The notes under the pieces were generated by a model, which was given only the letters and a program-made list of their open reading frames with translations, searched no databases and was not told the DNA's origin. Shown here in pieces: positions 1 through 13,457 of a stretch of DNA of 64,000 bases. The stretch covers positions 10,098,842 through 10,162,841 of the forward strand of contig NC_068989.1 in the NCBI RefSeq assembly GCF_001194135.2, read 5' to 3'. The first letter of the stretch is position 1. Each line of letters starts with the position of its first letter. The position numbers and the translations under genes are program-made. The stretch comes from Octopus bimaculoides (lineage: Eukaryota).

Positions 1-135
1 CTTACGAGGAGGGAGGAGGGAGGGGAGGGGAAGAAGAAGAAGAAGTGGAAGAAGAAGAAAAAGAAGAAGTGGGAGAAGGAGAAGAAGAAGAAGAAGAAGA
101 AGAAAAAGAAGAAGAAGAAGAAGAAGGAGCAGCAG
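1..135. repeat. (GAA/GGA)n purine microsatellite
   Basis: Direct: run of gaa/gga triplets. Confidence 0.95.
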
Positions 136-570
136 CAGCAACACCTCAACTGAAAATATTGAAACGTTAAGGAAAATTCCAGCCTTCACTTCAATTCCAG
201 AAAGGCAAGATGAATTTCTATAATTCAAAACTATTTCTGAATATTGAGTGAGTGCAGTGAAACTGGAAGCTGTTGATAATAAATTTGATAAATGTAAACA
301 TATTTCATTGATATTGATCAGAACTGCAGGAAATAAATTCTAAACAGAATGTAAAGAATCTTAAAGTTGAAACTATAGTATGCGTGTAAATGTTTGTTGC
401 TTTTTGAAAAATCATTAAAGAATGGCAAATCTCATGCTCAAAATAAACTCTTATGTACAATATAATAGCATTCTTGAGAAAAGTTACGTAAGTGTTTGAG
501 CCAAATGGTAAATAATTGAATGCTTGGTAATCCAGAAACTAATCTATGTTGCAAAACAAGTCACTTTTAT

Positions 571-725
571 AGATGCAGTCGTGCTGTGTGGTAAGAAGTT
601 TGCTTCACAACCACATGGTTCTGGGTTCAGTACCACTGCATGGCACCTTGGGCAAGTGTCTTATACTATAGCCCCAGACTGGCCAAAGCCTTGTGAGCAG
701 ATTTGGTAATGAGAAACTGAAAGAA
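571..725 (+). mobile_element. tRNA-derived SINE family A (CORE-like), 5' part only
   Basis: Matches the 5' half of the full copy at 3801-4195 (gtggtaagaagtttgct...ggttcagt...ggcaccttgggcaagtgtc); Pol III A/B-box-like motifs. Confidence 0.85.
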
Positions 726-960
726 AGGCGGCGAGATGGCAGAATTGTTAGCACACCAGGCAAAATGCTTAGTGGTATCTCGTCTGCCGTTACGTTCTGA
801 GTTCAAATTCCGCCATGGTCGACTTAGCCTTTCATACTTTCGGGGTCGATTAAATAAGTACTAGTTACGCACTGGAGTCGATGTAATTGACTTAATCCCA
901 TTGTCTGTCCGTCTCTGTCCCCTCTATGTTTAGCCCCTTGTAAGCAATAAAGAAATAAGA
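726..960 (+). mobile_element. tRNA-derived SINE family B
   Basis: aggcggcgagatggcagaa...agttcaaattcc (A/B boxes), central gtcgacttagcctttcat...ggggtcgat, aataaagaaataag tail; inverse copies at 13224, 35205, 41127. Confidence 0.9.
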
Positions 961-974
961 ATATGACAAGGATG

Positions 975-1123
975 GGCCTTTTTAATTACAGGTACAACTC
1001 ATTTTTGCCAGCTGGAGCAATGTGAAATAAAGAGTGTTACTCAAGAAGACAATGCACCATCAGGAAATGAACTTACAACCTATCAATCATGAGCTGAATA
1101 ATCTAACCACTGAGCCACATGCC
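975..1123 (-). mobile_element. tRNA-derived SINE family C, degraded
   Basis: Reverse complement resembles the head of 30363-30597 (tRNA-like head, ...ttgagtaacactctttatttcacattgctccagc). Confidence 0.7.
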
Positions 1124-2119
1124 TTCACCGAAAGTTAAATATGTCAAGACAATATATCCAACCTTGAGATATTTTTTTTATCTGTAAAACAAACAAAAAA
1201 AAAAATAATAAAAAAAGCACAACAACTTGAACTGACTACCTTTTTCAATGAAGGCAAGCAAACATCAACAACTCGCTCCTAGCAAGCACATGAACTAAAA
1301 TAACATTTCAGCCTTTAAGATAATGAAATTGAAATTTCCATAAGAACTACTTCGAGTAAAACTTTAATTGTATTTTTGTCAGCAAGATAATGTTGTTGTT
1401 GCTAAATACCTCACACATCATAATTTTAACTGTCATTAACTGACACCATTTTAAAATGTAGTTACAAGGTTTCTTTTCTTCGCTAGTATTTGATTTGAAA
1501 TCACTTAGAATTATATCCATTAGATTTTACGCTGATAGTAGGCGCGAGGTAAATTTGACTGAAGATAATATCTATTTAATGGTACTTCAATGCTACTACA
1601 ATAACAATCTAAATTACTAGTTTTTCTTATGAATTCCTGATTTTCGCAATTTGTAATGACAGAAAATTTATCCTGTTTGTATTAGTTAAAAACCCCTTTT
1701 AATAAAAGCAAAAACACTAAAAGAGTTGTAATGTCGCAATGAGTTGCAGAATGAAATGAATAAACTATTTATAGTGAAAGACGTAAAGTTGAGAATAAGG
1801 AAAACAATTTTATGAGAGGAATAAAAATATAGATGTTAGTAATGAATACAGTTTTAGAATATTTTATTTATCTGCATATTTAAGTCTTCAGATCTGGAAT
1901 GAGTTTCTAAAAATTATAGCAAGTATTAGAATTAAAGTTTAAAAAAAAAAGAAAAAAGAAAAGTAGATTTTTTTTTTATTTTAAAGTTGTTTTTAAAACC
2001 TTTCAATTAAAATACTTAAATCCGATGAGGAGAGAGAAAATTGACAAGTAAAATCTTTCTGATTGAGCTATTAATACATCATACACACAAACACATTCAC
2101 TCATGCACACATCTAGATG

Positions 2120-2146
2120 CAGTGTGTTTATAGACTATATATATGG

Positions 2147-2188
<42 letters not shown>

Positions 2189-2227
2189 GCACACACACAC
2201 ACACAAATGCAAATATAAATATATATG

Positions 2228-2288
<61 letters not shown>

Positions 2289-2417
2289 CACACACAAATG
2301 CATATATGTATATGTTTTTATGCATATATATGTATGTATGTATATTATACACAAATGCATATTAAACAATGAATGTGAAAGGAAGAAGGGAAGGAAAAGT
2401 TTTAACAAATACATAAA

Positions 2418-2475
<58 letters not shown>

Positions 2476-2500
2476 CGTGCGTGCATGCGTGCTCACACAT
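2120..2500. repeat. Compound (TA)n/(CA)n/(TG)n microsatellite block
   Basis: Direct; source of the spurious YIYI/HTHT ORFs. Confidence 0.95.
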
Positions 2501-3164
2501 GATGTAATGTAAGGCATTCCAAATGGATGGAACCTATGGAAAAGGAAAGGCAAGGAACACATAAAATGGAGGGAGGGAGTGATGCAAACTGACCTTGGGT
2601 TCTTGAACCTCATAGAGGGGGATGACAGGCGACCATGATGATTGATGACATTTAATGCTGGAGAGGACCATCCCAGCCATGACAGCATGGCAAAATAAAC
2701 AATGAAAAAGTTATGGAGCATGTGAGACATAATATTTGAGCCTCTCACCTAAATATGTTCTCAATGACTCCACCTACATCTGCTGCCTTTCCAGCTTCGT
2801 GGTACCTTCTCCCCAGACTATCTTTCCATCACCTATTTTTCTATCACTCATTTGTCTACATGCTCCTATTCAAAATTCTGGAAGACGGCGAATCTTTTCC
2901 AATTTTCTCTCTCTACCATATCCCCCAAGTAGGGAGGGACATCTTTGGACTTATCCATCACTCTCATCTTTGCGACACTCGCACACCTCTCTCACTGGGC
3001 AACACTGCATACATAACGAGAGATGACACTGGACCTACATGTACTGAAACCACCCACCACCACCTACCACCACCACCACCACCACCACAACAGAAACCAT
3101 CATCAATCTTTCAACAAAGCCAACATTCCCTCCTTCCTCTGACCTCTCTCACCCACTCACTCTA

Positions 3165-3510
3165 TGGTCAGACAGGAAGTTGAAACTTTCCACCAAGTTT
3201 TGCATTTACGATGCTTGTGTCATCACATCCTAACTTATATTCATCCTCGACACGGATCCTTGTGTCAAAAAACACTTGAAAGGGTTTTTACCAGAAGTTT
3301 CTAACCATCATCAATATTATTTTTTTAATGTTCACTTTTCCATGTTTGCATAACTTGGAATGGGTTTATTAAGGTGAATTGTCTATAGCTGAACACCCTT
3401 CTGTCACCAACTCTAACGTGTTTCCAAACAAGATAATATTTCTGCATAGCCGGACATGTTTTGACAGAATATTGGAAATGAATGACATCCATTTGCAAGA
3501 ATCAAGGGAT
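3165..3510 (+). mobile_element. Degraded RTE-clade LINE, ORF2 C-terminal fragment
   Basis: Translates with stops/frameshifts as WSDRKLKLSTKFCIYDACVITS*L(Y)SS...AGHVL..MNDIHL, like the RTE consensus TK..VY.ACV.S.LLY....W....W.GHV.RM.D.RLP. Confidence 0.7.
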
Positions 3511-3523
3511 ATCAGGAGGGACA

Positions 3524-3574
<51 letters not shown>

Positions 3575-3575
<1 letters not shown>

Positions 3576-3712
3576 GCATGGCAGGTTTCCTTCAGTTTCT
3601 GTCTACCAAATCCACTGACAAGGATTTGGACAACCCATGGCAATGGAAGTGAACTGAACCGGAAATCATATGATTGGGAAACACACTTCTAAAACCACAC
3701 AACCATACCTGC
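3575..3712 (-). mobile_element. SINE family A, degraded partial
   Basis: cttcagtttctgtctaccaaatccactgacaagg is the reverse complement of the family A body. Confidence 0.7.
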
Positions 3713-3800
3713 TGGAAATCTTTTACCTGAAAAACAGAAGCTTGTCTGAATATGGAAGCTTGCTTCATCAAATATAATATGCAGTGGGTTGAACATATAT

Positions 3801-4195
3801 AGGCGCAGGAGTGGCTGTGTGGTAAGTAGCTTGCTTACCAACCACATGGTTCCGGGTTCAGTCCCACTGCGTGGCATCTTGGGCAAGTGTCTTCTACTAT
3901 AGCCTCGGGCCGACCAAAGCTTTGTGAGTGGATTTGGTAGACGGAAACTAAAAGAAGCCCGTCGTATATATGTATATGCATATATGTGTTTGTGTGTCTG
4001 TGTTTGTCCCCTCCCCCACCATCGTTTGACAACCAATGCTGGTGTGTTTACATCCCCGTAACTTAGCGGTTCGGCAAAAAGAGACCGATAGAGTACTAGG
4101 CTTACAAAGAATAAGTCCTGGGGTCGATTTGCTCGACTAAAGGCGGTGCTCCAGCATGGCTGCAGTCAAATGACTGAAACAAGTAAAAGAGTAAA
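3801..4195 (+). mobile_element. tRNA-derived SINE family A, full length
   Basis: aggcgcaggagtggctgtgtggtaag head, B box ggttcagtccc, CORE-like cttgggcaagtgtctt, internal TA/TG tract, (aaaagagt)n tail; near-identical copies at 16917 and 35578. Confidence 0.92.
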
Positions 4196-5078
4196 AAAAA
4201 GTATATCTGTTTTTATGATTACAGACCTCCGAAGGAATTATTTTATAGTAAATTAATTCTCAGTAAGTGCCTCCAGCGCAAATCCAAAAAGATATTTCAT
4301 GGCATCACAAAAGACAGCATTAAGACCTTGAACGGCAGCTCTGTTAATTAGGAACGTCTCATGCTGAAATTTAGCAAATGTAAAAGAATAGCCTGCAGTT
4401 CGACATAAGTCAAACTTCCCTTCCAACCAATGAAACATAAGGCATAAAAGCTGCAGTCATTTGAAAAAATTCAATGAATTGTCTTCTGTACAATCACTCA
4501 ATCTGCTCTATTCCACAGATTAATCTTTCTTCAGGAACAGTCCAGAATCTTTAAAATTATAACCCACTTCTATACCTTGCACAACATCACCACCCAACCC
4601 CCTACTTCTTGATCTATCCTCCCTGAGCCATATCTATCTCTCCCACCTTACCCCTTCCCCATGCTGGTATTTCCCATCAACTCCATCTTTGTTCATCACT
4701 CCTTACATTCACCTCTACCCCCATCTCCAACCATCTGTCACTCTACTCTCACGCACTCATGAAACTACCCCCCCCCCACCGATCCATTGTCCGCACCCTC
4801 TCTGACTCTCACCTTCTTGTACTTTGTGGGTTTGCTCTGGCACCCACCTCACTATCATCTTAACTTCTCAACCGTCACACAACCTTATATAATGCAGGGT
4901 GGTCATGTATCCTCTCTACAGTAGCAAAACACCAGCAGCTGTCCTCCTATTGCACATTAGCTTCTCAACATCTGGTGTAAAACCACCTCCCACTCTTTAA
5001 CCCTCCCTCCTACTTAGTCAAGGAAGCTTTTTCTTTTTCCTGCTCTTCTGCCTTGCAAGCTACTCAGCCACCCCACTA

Positions 5079-5246
5079 GTGCTGGTGGCCCAAGAAAAGC
5101 ACCTGGTACACACTATGAAGAGGTTAGTGTTAGGAAGGACATCTAGCCATAGAGGTCATGCCAAAACTAATGTTGGGATTCAACGCAGCCCTGTGGCTTG
5201 TTGGATTCTGTCAAACCATCCAACTTATGCCAGAGTGGAAACAGTG
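5079..5246 (+). mobile_element. RTE-tail-type repeat (gttaggaagggcatccagc family), degraded
   Basis: Aligns by eye with copies at 6841, 40715, 60930. Confidence 0.7.
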
Positions 5247-5367
5247 TGGTGAAAGATCTAAACCCTTACAAATAATGATGGGATGGCTCAAGTCACAAAT
5301 TTCGTCAAACAATTAAGCCCAACACAACACAGCACAACATGCTGCATATCTTACACTGCTTGTTACA

Positions 5368-5575
5368 ATTGTTGTTGTTGTTGTTAAGGTATCAGTCAGC
5401 TATGATCAAGAAAACTTATGATCAAAAGCATTCCACCACTGACTATTCCATTCTTTTTCAGGCATAGTGTCTCTACGACTATATTATCCAATACTTTTCT
5501 CTTTATAAGATGTGAGTTGAGAGAGATTTGACTGCCATTTCTAATGAGTCAATTAACCATGTAAGCGTTCTCTTG
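5368..5575 (-). mobile_element. (CAA)n-tailed retroposon 3' end (family D)
   Basis: (ttg)n followed by ...tgatcaaaagcattcca...tttttcaggcatagtgtctctacgactatattatcc; related to 43310 (+) and 58070 (-). Confidence 0.7.
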
Positions 5576-6840
5576 CTGGCTCTAAAATCTCTTATATTTG
5601 CTTATCTATGGTACAGAATATATGAAGCTATCTTAGTCTTCTTCTGTGTGCATCATTATTACCATCATGAAATTCTGCACCAGAGAGGTTCCAGATTTAA
5701 TCTCACTGTCATGCGAACAGTGTATAATTTCTTTACAATCCTCTGTAAAAATATGCCTGGCCATTGAACTGCTCATCATTCAAAGGGAGACAGGGAAATA
5801 TTACCTTACATGGAAACAGGTGAAGATCAATACAAAAGAAGACCATCTGTCTGTAGAAAAAGAACTGCTTTAACAACCTTTATCCAACCCATGCAAGCTT
5901 CAAGAAGTTGACTTTAAAAAATGTTAACCATCATCATCATCACTACAATCATGATAGGTTTTGTGTATGCGTGTGTGTGTGTGTATTTTATATAATGCAT
6001 ATGTCTGTATATGTGTACCATCGCATACACACACACACAGAATATATATATACATATATTCTGAAAAGAATTCAATATTAATGTTTCTTTTTACTGACTA
6101 TACTATATAATTTAACAATAAGAAGAGAATTGAATATTAATTTTGTTTTTTGATCATTTTTTTTTTTCTTTTTCAGACTGGAGCGTGATGCGCTCATTTT
6201 AACTGAAAGTTGTGTTCGGCTTAAGCTTGTTGCAACAGGTTTCACTTCATCCAATGTTTATAAATAACGTATATTGCATTGTCAGTTTTGAACAAAGTGA
6301 AAAGAAGGAGGAAAAAGAGAGAGAGAGAGAGAGATGAATGATGAAAAAAAAAAAGACAATTTGCTGCAAAGCTACATTTGAAAACAATTGAATATCCAAT
6401 TAGAGAGAGGGAAAAAGATAGAGTGGGGATCTGTGTGTTTGTGTGTTAGAAATAGAGAGAGTGGGGGAAAAAAACAGAGTGAGAGCCGAACTGTCAATAA
6501 GTACATATGCATGTGTGCGCAAGCTCACAAACACACACAGACACACACACACACACACACTACATGTCTCATTGCACCAACTACATCAGTTCAACTTTTA
6601 CACCAGCACAACCCTGTGTCATTTGGTTACCCCTAAAGCATGAATAATATTTACAGGCAACAAAGCCTTTTAATAATATTACACACACACACACAAATAC
6701 AAGCACACACACACACACATATGAGAGAGAGAAAGAGAGACCCCTCCACTACCCTGCCCACATCTTCTTGGTGGGAAACCTTTACTTTTTTTTTTGCCTG
6801 TTTTATTCTCGTTTTGCAAGTTTACACAGCAACCTCACTA

Positions 6841-6998
6841 GTATTGGTGGCACACGAAAAAAAGGTGCCCAGTACACTCTGTAAACTGATTTGTGTTAGG
6901 AAGGGCATCCAGCCATAGAAACCATGCCAAAGTTGACACTGCAGCTTGACGTGGCCTTGCAACTCACGGAATCTTGTCAAACCCATCCAGCATGACTG
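6841..6998 (+). mobile_element. RTE-tail-type repeat
   Basis: gtacactctgtaaa...gttaggaagggcatccagccatagaaaccatgcc motif shared with the other copies. Confidence 0.75.
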
Positions 6999-7015
6999 GT
7001 GGCAGTAGATATACA

Positions 7016-7055
<40 letters not shown>

Positions 7056-7949
7056 ATGTTTGTGTGGAAAGTTAATATGGCTTAGAGAATTAGATGATTC
7101 TCAGAATTTTTCAATCCAAAGAACCTGATCTCTCTGTTCATCTATTCTCAATATTTTCAGTCTCAGATAATTGTTGTTTGCTGTAGTCTATCCATTCTAA
7201 ACAAAAATGTTATCAGATGTTATCTATCTATCTATCTATCTATCGCTCTCTCTTTCTCTCTCTCTCTCACACTCACACACACACACACACACACACACAA
7301 TCTATGCCATTAGTGTAAACTAAACATTCATCCAATGATTATGGTCCAGGTTTGACAGCTAACAATTTATTATGTTCCCTTTCTCTCTTCAACCATCATC
7401 TTAGATTAAGCCGAGACAATTTATGCAAGAGGTTTATGTAATAACAGTAAAAAAAAGGAGAAAGTGGAACAATAGAAGGATTCAAATTTTCCATATGGCA
7501 TCTAAGTTTATTGAGAACCAAAGGATATGCTACTTGTGGAGCTAGTATTCACCAAAATGTAAATGTAGCCAAACCAAGGTTCTGCTTCAGATAGCTTTTA
7601 AACTTTATCCTTTGCTCCATCGTAACAAACCTGCTGACACTTCGAATGAATAATCAAGTTAGTGGTAAGCTAAAGTTCACAGCAGCCTGTATAAGACCAT
7701 GCTGTGTATAAGATAGTTGTGTGACATAATCCATGAGTCATTGACTACAGTGTTGTTAATGATGAGATGAGCCATAGAATAATAGTGACACCAAGCAATT
7801 TATACAGTGACACCAAGCAATTTATACAACTTTACAGTAAAAAGACTGGAATGTCTAAAACAGCCAGTGAACAGAATCATTTTTTTTTTTAAATCATACT
7901 TCACAGCAAAAGTATCAGTTTAGTTCTTATAACTGATGTCTTCCTTTAA

Positions 7950-8163
7950 CCCTTTAGCATTTAAACCAGCCAAATCTGGCCCAAATACTCTGTTTTGTAT
8001 TCTGACTAGATTTGGCCTCTCACACCTACCCTATAATGTCACTCTAAGAGTAAACAACCACATCATTGAAATCTTTGAAGCTATTACATAATGCTTGATT
8101 AATTCCAAGTAATGTGAATAAATAAGCATTGCAAGTGGACAGAGTAATCTGGATGTTAAAGAG
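7950..8163. mobile_element. piggyBac-like MITE
   Basis: TTAA|CCCTTTAGCATT ... ATGTTAAAGAG|TTAA; TTAA target duplication and CCC-starting TIR; same family at 11248, 35041, 60780, 61542. Confidence 0.8.
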
Positions 8164-9091
8164 TTAAAGAGATCAAATTGAAGAATCTATAGAAATTAGG
8201 AAAGAGCTTATGACAAATGTGCATTTTAAAGACCACAATGGCTCATAAATTACTCATTATTTACATTTACAAGTTGATATTTGTCATTTTTCACTTTACT
8301 GATCAACTTATATTGATTGCTTCAACAGTTTGGACTTGCAGGTCAACTACGTTCTACAATAACCAGCTCGATATAGAACAGTCACACGAAGTACGCTAGC
8401 CAAATATTAAGGCTCTTCTTATGAGCTCGAAAGGACATTCTCATGCACAATTTCAAAGAAAACTATAAATGTTATAATAAATAACAACAGAAATGCCTGA
8501 ATACCTTATCTTCTTGGAAACTCAAGAAGTTAAAAAAATATTTGTTTACAAAGAGCAAGAAAATAACTTCCACAAAATATTACTTCTAAATTAAGATAAA
8601 TGCATCTTATCTGAGAAGCAGAAATTATCAAACAGGCCATCCTACAGCAATATTACATTCATTATGAGTTTCTGCAGTATCATCAATAAAACCACTTGTT
8701 CTAGAAACACTGGAACTGCTCTTGTCTGGAACAGCTGCTTCTGTACAATTGAATAGATTTGTTTAATAACACTGTTATATCCATTCAGTAAATAATTACA
8801 TCTTTTATTTTCTACATGTGAGAAAAATATAAATAGACAAAGAGAAATGGTGATGTGAGAGAAGGAGGCTGAGTTTAGAAAGCATCTATTTTATTAATTG
8901 GTTCTTGTCCTAATATTTACTGCTTTGCTGTAAAATAGCAGTGACACTTTACAGACTAGTTACAGGTATGAATAGTTAGGTAACGAGATACAGAAGTTGA
9001 ATATTTTGAACTATGATCCACCAATTCACACCACAAATTTTTAAAATCTAACAACCAGGTATTATAAACAATTGTGATCCCTAATGAAATA

Positions 9092-9282
9092 CTGGTTTCA
9101 AATTTTGGCACAAGCCTATCAATTTTGAAGAAGGGGGTGAACTGATTACATTAACCCCAGTGCTCAACTGGTGCTTATTTTGTCGACCCCAAAAAGGGAT
9201 GAATAGCAAAGAGTGTAAAAGTAGGTGAAATGTCACTAACCATTTTGCCTGGCATGCTAATGAATCTGCCAGCCTGCCATCT
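9092..9282 (-). mobile_element. SINE family B variant with 17-bp TSD
   Basis: Flanked by tgatccctaatgaaata at 9075-9091 and 9283-9299. Confidence 0.85.
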
Positions 9283-9449
9283 TGATCCCTAATGAAATAT
9301 TGTCTTATATTTGTTCATCAAAGATACCTTATTCTAGTCACTATGAGCCTACCCTTGCCCTTCTTTCATCAGTCAAACCCTTTTTTTTTTTTTTTTAAAG
9401 CAATTTCAATATATTTTCCTTTTTATTATTATCATCCACCACTGAACAT

Positions 9450-9668
9450 TTAGGGCCGGTTACCCAATTTCAATGGCACATAAGGGATCAAGGTCACAGC
9501 ATTTCCCTACTGAACAAGATGCTAGCCTTTGCAGGATTATTAATTTATGGTTGAGTGAACTGGAACAATGTGAAATGAAATGTTCTACTCAAGAAACACC
9601 CAGTCCAGGAATTGAAACCATAATTTTGCAATTATGAGTGGTGCGCTCTAGCCACAAGGGCACACACC
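9450..9668 (-). mobile_element. SINE family C, degraded
   Basis: gagtgaactggaacaatgtgaaatgaaatgttctactcaag...ccaggaattgaaacc is the reverse complement of the family C head and body. Confidence 0.7.
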
Positions 9669-11247
9669 TTCACTTTTTATTGCGGTTGAATGAAAATGTA
9701 GATATAACTTTTGTGACTTTTAAGAAGATGTATATTATAGCTAGATGTGTTCTCTAATACTAAATAAACATGTTACATACAAGAGAAGAACAATATATAT
9801 TTTCAGCTTCAGTTTACTTAACCAAGTAACAACGAACTTTATTGTAAGATTACAAGTTAATACATTAAAGTAGATTTGAACCATTGAACTTTAAACTAGA
9901 CATCTAAGACTTTCCGGCTATCACACATCTATAATTAGCTTACAATTCTTCCACTGATTAATATTAGTCTAAAAGTCTATTCACCTCTTTAAAAGAAAAA
10001 AAAAACTGATAACGATATCTCACAATGGGGATTCAACAGGAACTACCTACTGCTCTCTTTGTCATCATTAATTTAGCCTTCAACTTTCCCCAAGATTCTC
10101 ATTTGTCATGACATCTGTACAAATATTATATTCTCAATAGAATGAAAGCCATGGAAATCATTTGGTAGTAAAGGTCATAACAATTCCAAGCAGCTACCAA
10201 ATTTAGCTGACATCCCTTACTCCTCTAATAGATTAACAAAATTTAGAAGCATATTGAATATCTTAACGTACTTAAAATAAAGAGATGAGCATGTGTGTGA
10301 GTTTGTGTGTGCATGTGTACACCTGTGCATATCTGTACCCATACACACATAGCATCAATAAGTCTTCTGACAGAGAGAGATTTAACTGAAAGCTTCTATC
10401 TTTCCTTTCCATTCACCAGCTTCTAAAATGAAAATCGTGTTATTGAACGTTTTGTCCATAAAATCCTTTGAAGTTTATAGTTAATCCGCTTTCACATAAT
10501 GTCACATGACTTGAAGAAGAGATAGTGTGGAGAAGGAGGTGGAGGAGACTGACATGAAAGAAACGAAGCTTACTGAGGCAGGTGGGTGAGTGGGTGGATG
10601 GACATAGGTGCAGGGATACAGCTAAAAGAAGGGCAGGTTTTGTTTGTTTCTTAAAATTAGATGAGCATTAAATAATGTTATTGCTATTGATTCTTGAAAA
10701 TAATTATTTATAATTATAGGTGCATGGGTGTGTGTGTGTGTGAGCCTCTCGCTCCCGCTCTCAGTCATACTCACACACACACTATCTGAAATTGGGTTAT
10801 AAATCATTAAAAATGTAAAAAGTGAGTGGGAAAATCAATACAAAAATAATAAAAACTACATAATCAAAATCGATCTGTATTCAGGAAGAAAATTTACATA
10901 TTTTTCAATAGCTAAATTAATGATCACTTTGGGCTCTTGTGTGAAATATATTTAAAGGCCAAAGGGTTAATTTGCTTCGTAATTTTGATGAAAGTTCAAT
11001 TGTTGAGTTAAACAGCAAGAAATTGATGGCTGCCCGCCAACTGGAATTACTTACTGACAACACATTTCCATGTTTCCATAACCAACCCAGTCTTCTTTTG
11101 TTGAGACCCAAAATTACATAACATGTCAAGTTTTGCAATGTCAAAGTCATGAAGATGTCTGCAAGAAGTTAGTTGTGAGCTTGTATCACCCTGTCATTTA
11201 ATGTGCTGAAGCCAAGTCAAAGATCTACACAATCCCCTACCACATAA

Positions 11248-11685
11248 CCCTTTAACATTCAGATTACTCTGTCAAATATTATGCTTATTTATTCACATCG
11301 TTTTGAATTAATCATGTATTATCTCATAGCTTCAAGAATTAATTATGTATTATTATCTCCTAGCTTCAAGAATTAATCATATACTATTATTTCCCAGCTT
11401 CAGGAACTAGATGGTGTGTTGTTTATTTTTAGAATGACATTGTAGACTAAATGTGAGAGGGTGGATCTAGCTAGTTTGAACACAAAACAGGAAGAATATT
11501 CGAGCCAAATATGGCTAGTTTAAATATTTAAAGTTTAATGCAGTCACATGACAAATAAGTCATGACTGTAGTTGCTTTGAGATTTTGGTGTGATTGCTTA
11601 CTTTTAGAATGGCATTGTAGAATAAGCATGAGAGGCTGGATCTGACTAGCTTGAACACAAAACAGGTAGAATAAATGTTAAAGGG
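11248..11685. mobile_element. piggyBac-like MITE with internal duplications
   Basis: ccctttaacattcagattactctgtc ... aaatgttaaaggg; three tandem ~30-bp aattaatcatgtattatctcatagcttcaag units and a duplicated right half. Confidence 0.75.
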
Positions 11686-12319
11686 TAAATGCAGCCTCAA
11701 TTCAAATAAGTTACGATTGTGGTTGCGAGGCTGTGATAGCAGCTACTTAAATCAATAACCTATAGAGTCTTCAACAATAGATTAGAGAACTTCTGTCCCA
11801 ACAACTTACTCAATATCAGACCAGGTAAAGTGAAGAATTACTCAATGGTGCAAGTATCAAACAGGAATATTGGTAAGTGGCTTTGCAGGCTATAGTATCC
11901 AACACAAATCCTCTCATTTGAGATTAAATCAATGAAATAAATGAGTATTCCTTTGGCCATAAAACTCCAATCATGGGAAACCCTTTAAATTTATAAGCCC
12001 TTTGTCAACTTCAGGAAATGGGAGAAATACGACCCAACCTGCCCCTTATGATCTCTGTATATTTAACATTCATTATGCTTCCCTTAAACAAGATGAGTAA
12101 GCTTCTACATGGTCTCTCAATCTACAGAAACATCAGCTAAATCTCTCTAATGTTCTAATCTATTGTTTTAAAAAAAAAAAGAAGAAAACTCATTAGATAA
12201 TGCAACATAATATACACTGTTCCTTTTAAAAAAATTGACAAATGAGTCATGGTTGGAACACTTTTGAACATAAATTTTCTCATTCGGGTTAATCTTGGAA
12301 TCTATTATTGGTTCAATCA

Positions 12320-12640
12320 TTGAACTGTGGCCATGCTGGGGCATCGCCTTGGAGAGTTTTAGTCAAACACATGAACCCTTGCACTTTTTTTAAAGTCATG
12401 TATTGTTATATTGGTGGTCTCTTTTGCTGTGGGACATAAACAAACTAACAACTGACTGTCAAATGATCGGAGAATGAAAAACATATACACACACGCACAC
12501 GCATACACACAAATGATGGGGTGCCAGCCTGCAGCTATAGCAGAAAAACATTTGCCCAGGGAGACACGCATTGGGACTGAACCTGAAACCACACGGTTGC
12601 AAAGCAAGCTTTTTAACCACACACCCAACCCTGCACCTGA
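12320..12640 (-). mobile_element. SINE family A, degraded
   Basis: ggccatgctggggcatcgcctt ... tttgcccagggagacacgcattgggactgaacctgaaaccacacgg ... ccctgcacct. Confidence 0.75.
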
Positions 12641-12834
12641 AAAGTAATAGAGTCTCACCGAGAATTAACAACCATTAATAAAATGCAATTTAAACTCCCT
12701 CCTTGTTCTAGTTTCTCAATTACAGAAAAACACATCCAAAGGCTATGGGCTTGGCCTTACCACTTTAAAACAACTAATAAACAAAACTTAAATTTTAAAA
12801 CTGGGATCAAATTCATGTGTAATCCTAATCCAAA

Positions 12835-13010
12835 TCATCATTTGCCATTTGTATTCCATGCTGGCATGGATTGGATAATTTGACACGATCTGATGTATCC
12901 AAGAACTGCATTGTGCTCTATTTCTGTTTTAGCATGGTTTTTACAGCTATACGCCCTTCCTAGTGACAACCACTTCAGAGTGTGTACTGAGTGCTTTTTT
13001 TCTGTGCCAC
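12835..13010 (-). mobile_element. RTE-tail-type repeat
   Basis: catcat...ttccatgctggcatgg...cccttcctagtgacaaccacttcagagtgtgtactg. Confidence 0.75.
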
Positions 13011-13223
13011 CTACACTATTCAGATTGCCATGCAGCTTGCAGAAGTACAAACCCTAGGTGGAGGTGAGCAGACTTCATGCTAGGGAATGAGGGGACTGAA
13101 CTATGAGAAAGGGATGGTGGAAGCAGTGCAGGTTCTTATAAAGGGTCTGCATGGATACTCACATGTAGTTGGGATAATGGGGAAAGAGAAAATGAAAAGC
13201 AGAAGCTGCAAGAAATAGATAAT

Positions 13224-13457
13224 TATTTCTATATTGCCCACAGGGATGGGGGGGGGGCTAAACATAGAGGGGAAATACAAGGACAGACAAAGGAATTAAG
13301 TCGATTACATTGACCCCAGTGCATAACTGGTACTTATTTACTCAACCCCTAAAGGATGAAAGGCAAAGTCGACCTCGGCGGAATTTGAACTCAGAACATG
13401 AAGACAGACGAAATACCGTTAAGCATTTCGTCTGGGATGCTAACGATTCTGCCAGCT
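13224..13457 (-). mobile_element. SINE family B with 17-bp TSD
   Basis: Flanked by tgcaagaaatagataat at 13207-13223 and 13458-13474. Confidence 0.9.

Noticed and set aside
4253-4438. 61-aa ORF MFHWLEGKFDLCRTAGYSF...LTEN* that reads like real protein
   Set aside because: No good splice acceptor, upstream frame closed by stops, and FL..RAAV....AVF.D resembles a decayed CR1/L2 ORF2 tail. Not called as a gene; BLASTx would settle it.
8600-8740. Possible terminal exon AAVPDKSSSSVSRTSGFIDDTAETHNECNIAVGWPV* on minus strand
   Set aside because: Weak acceptor, no recognisable homology, no independent support.
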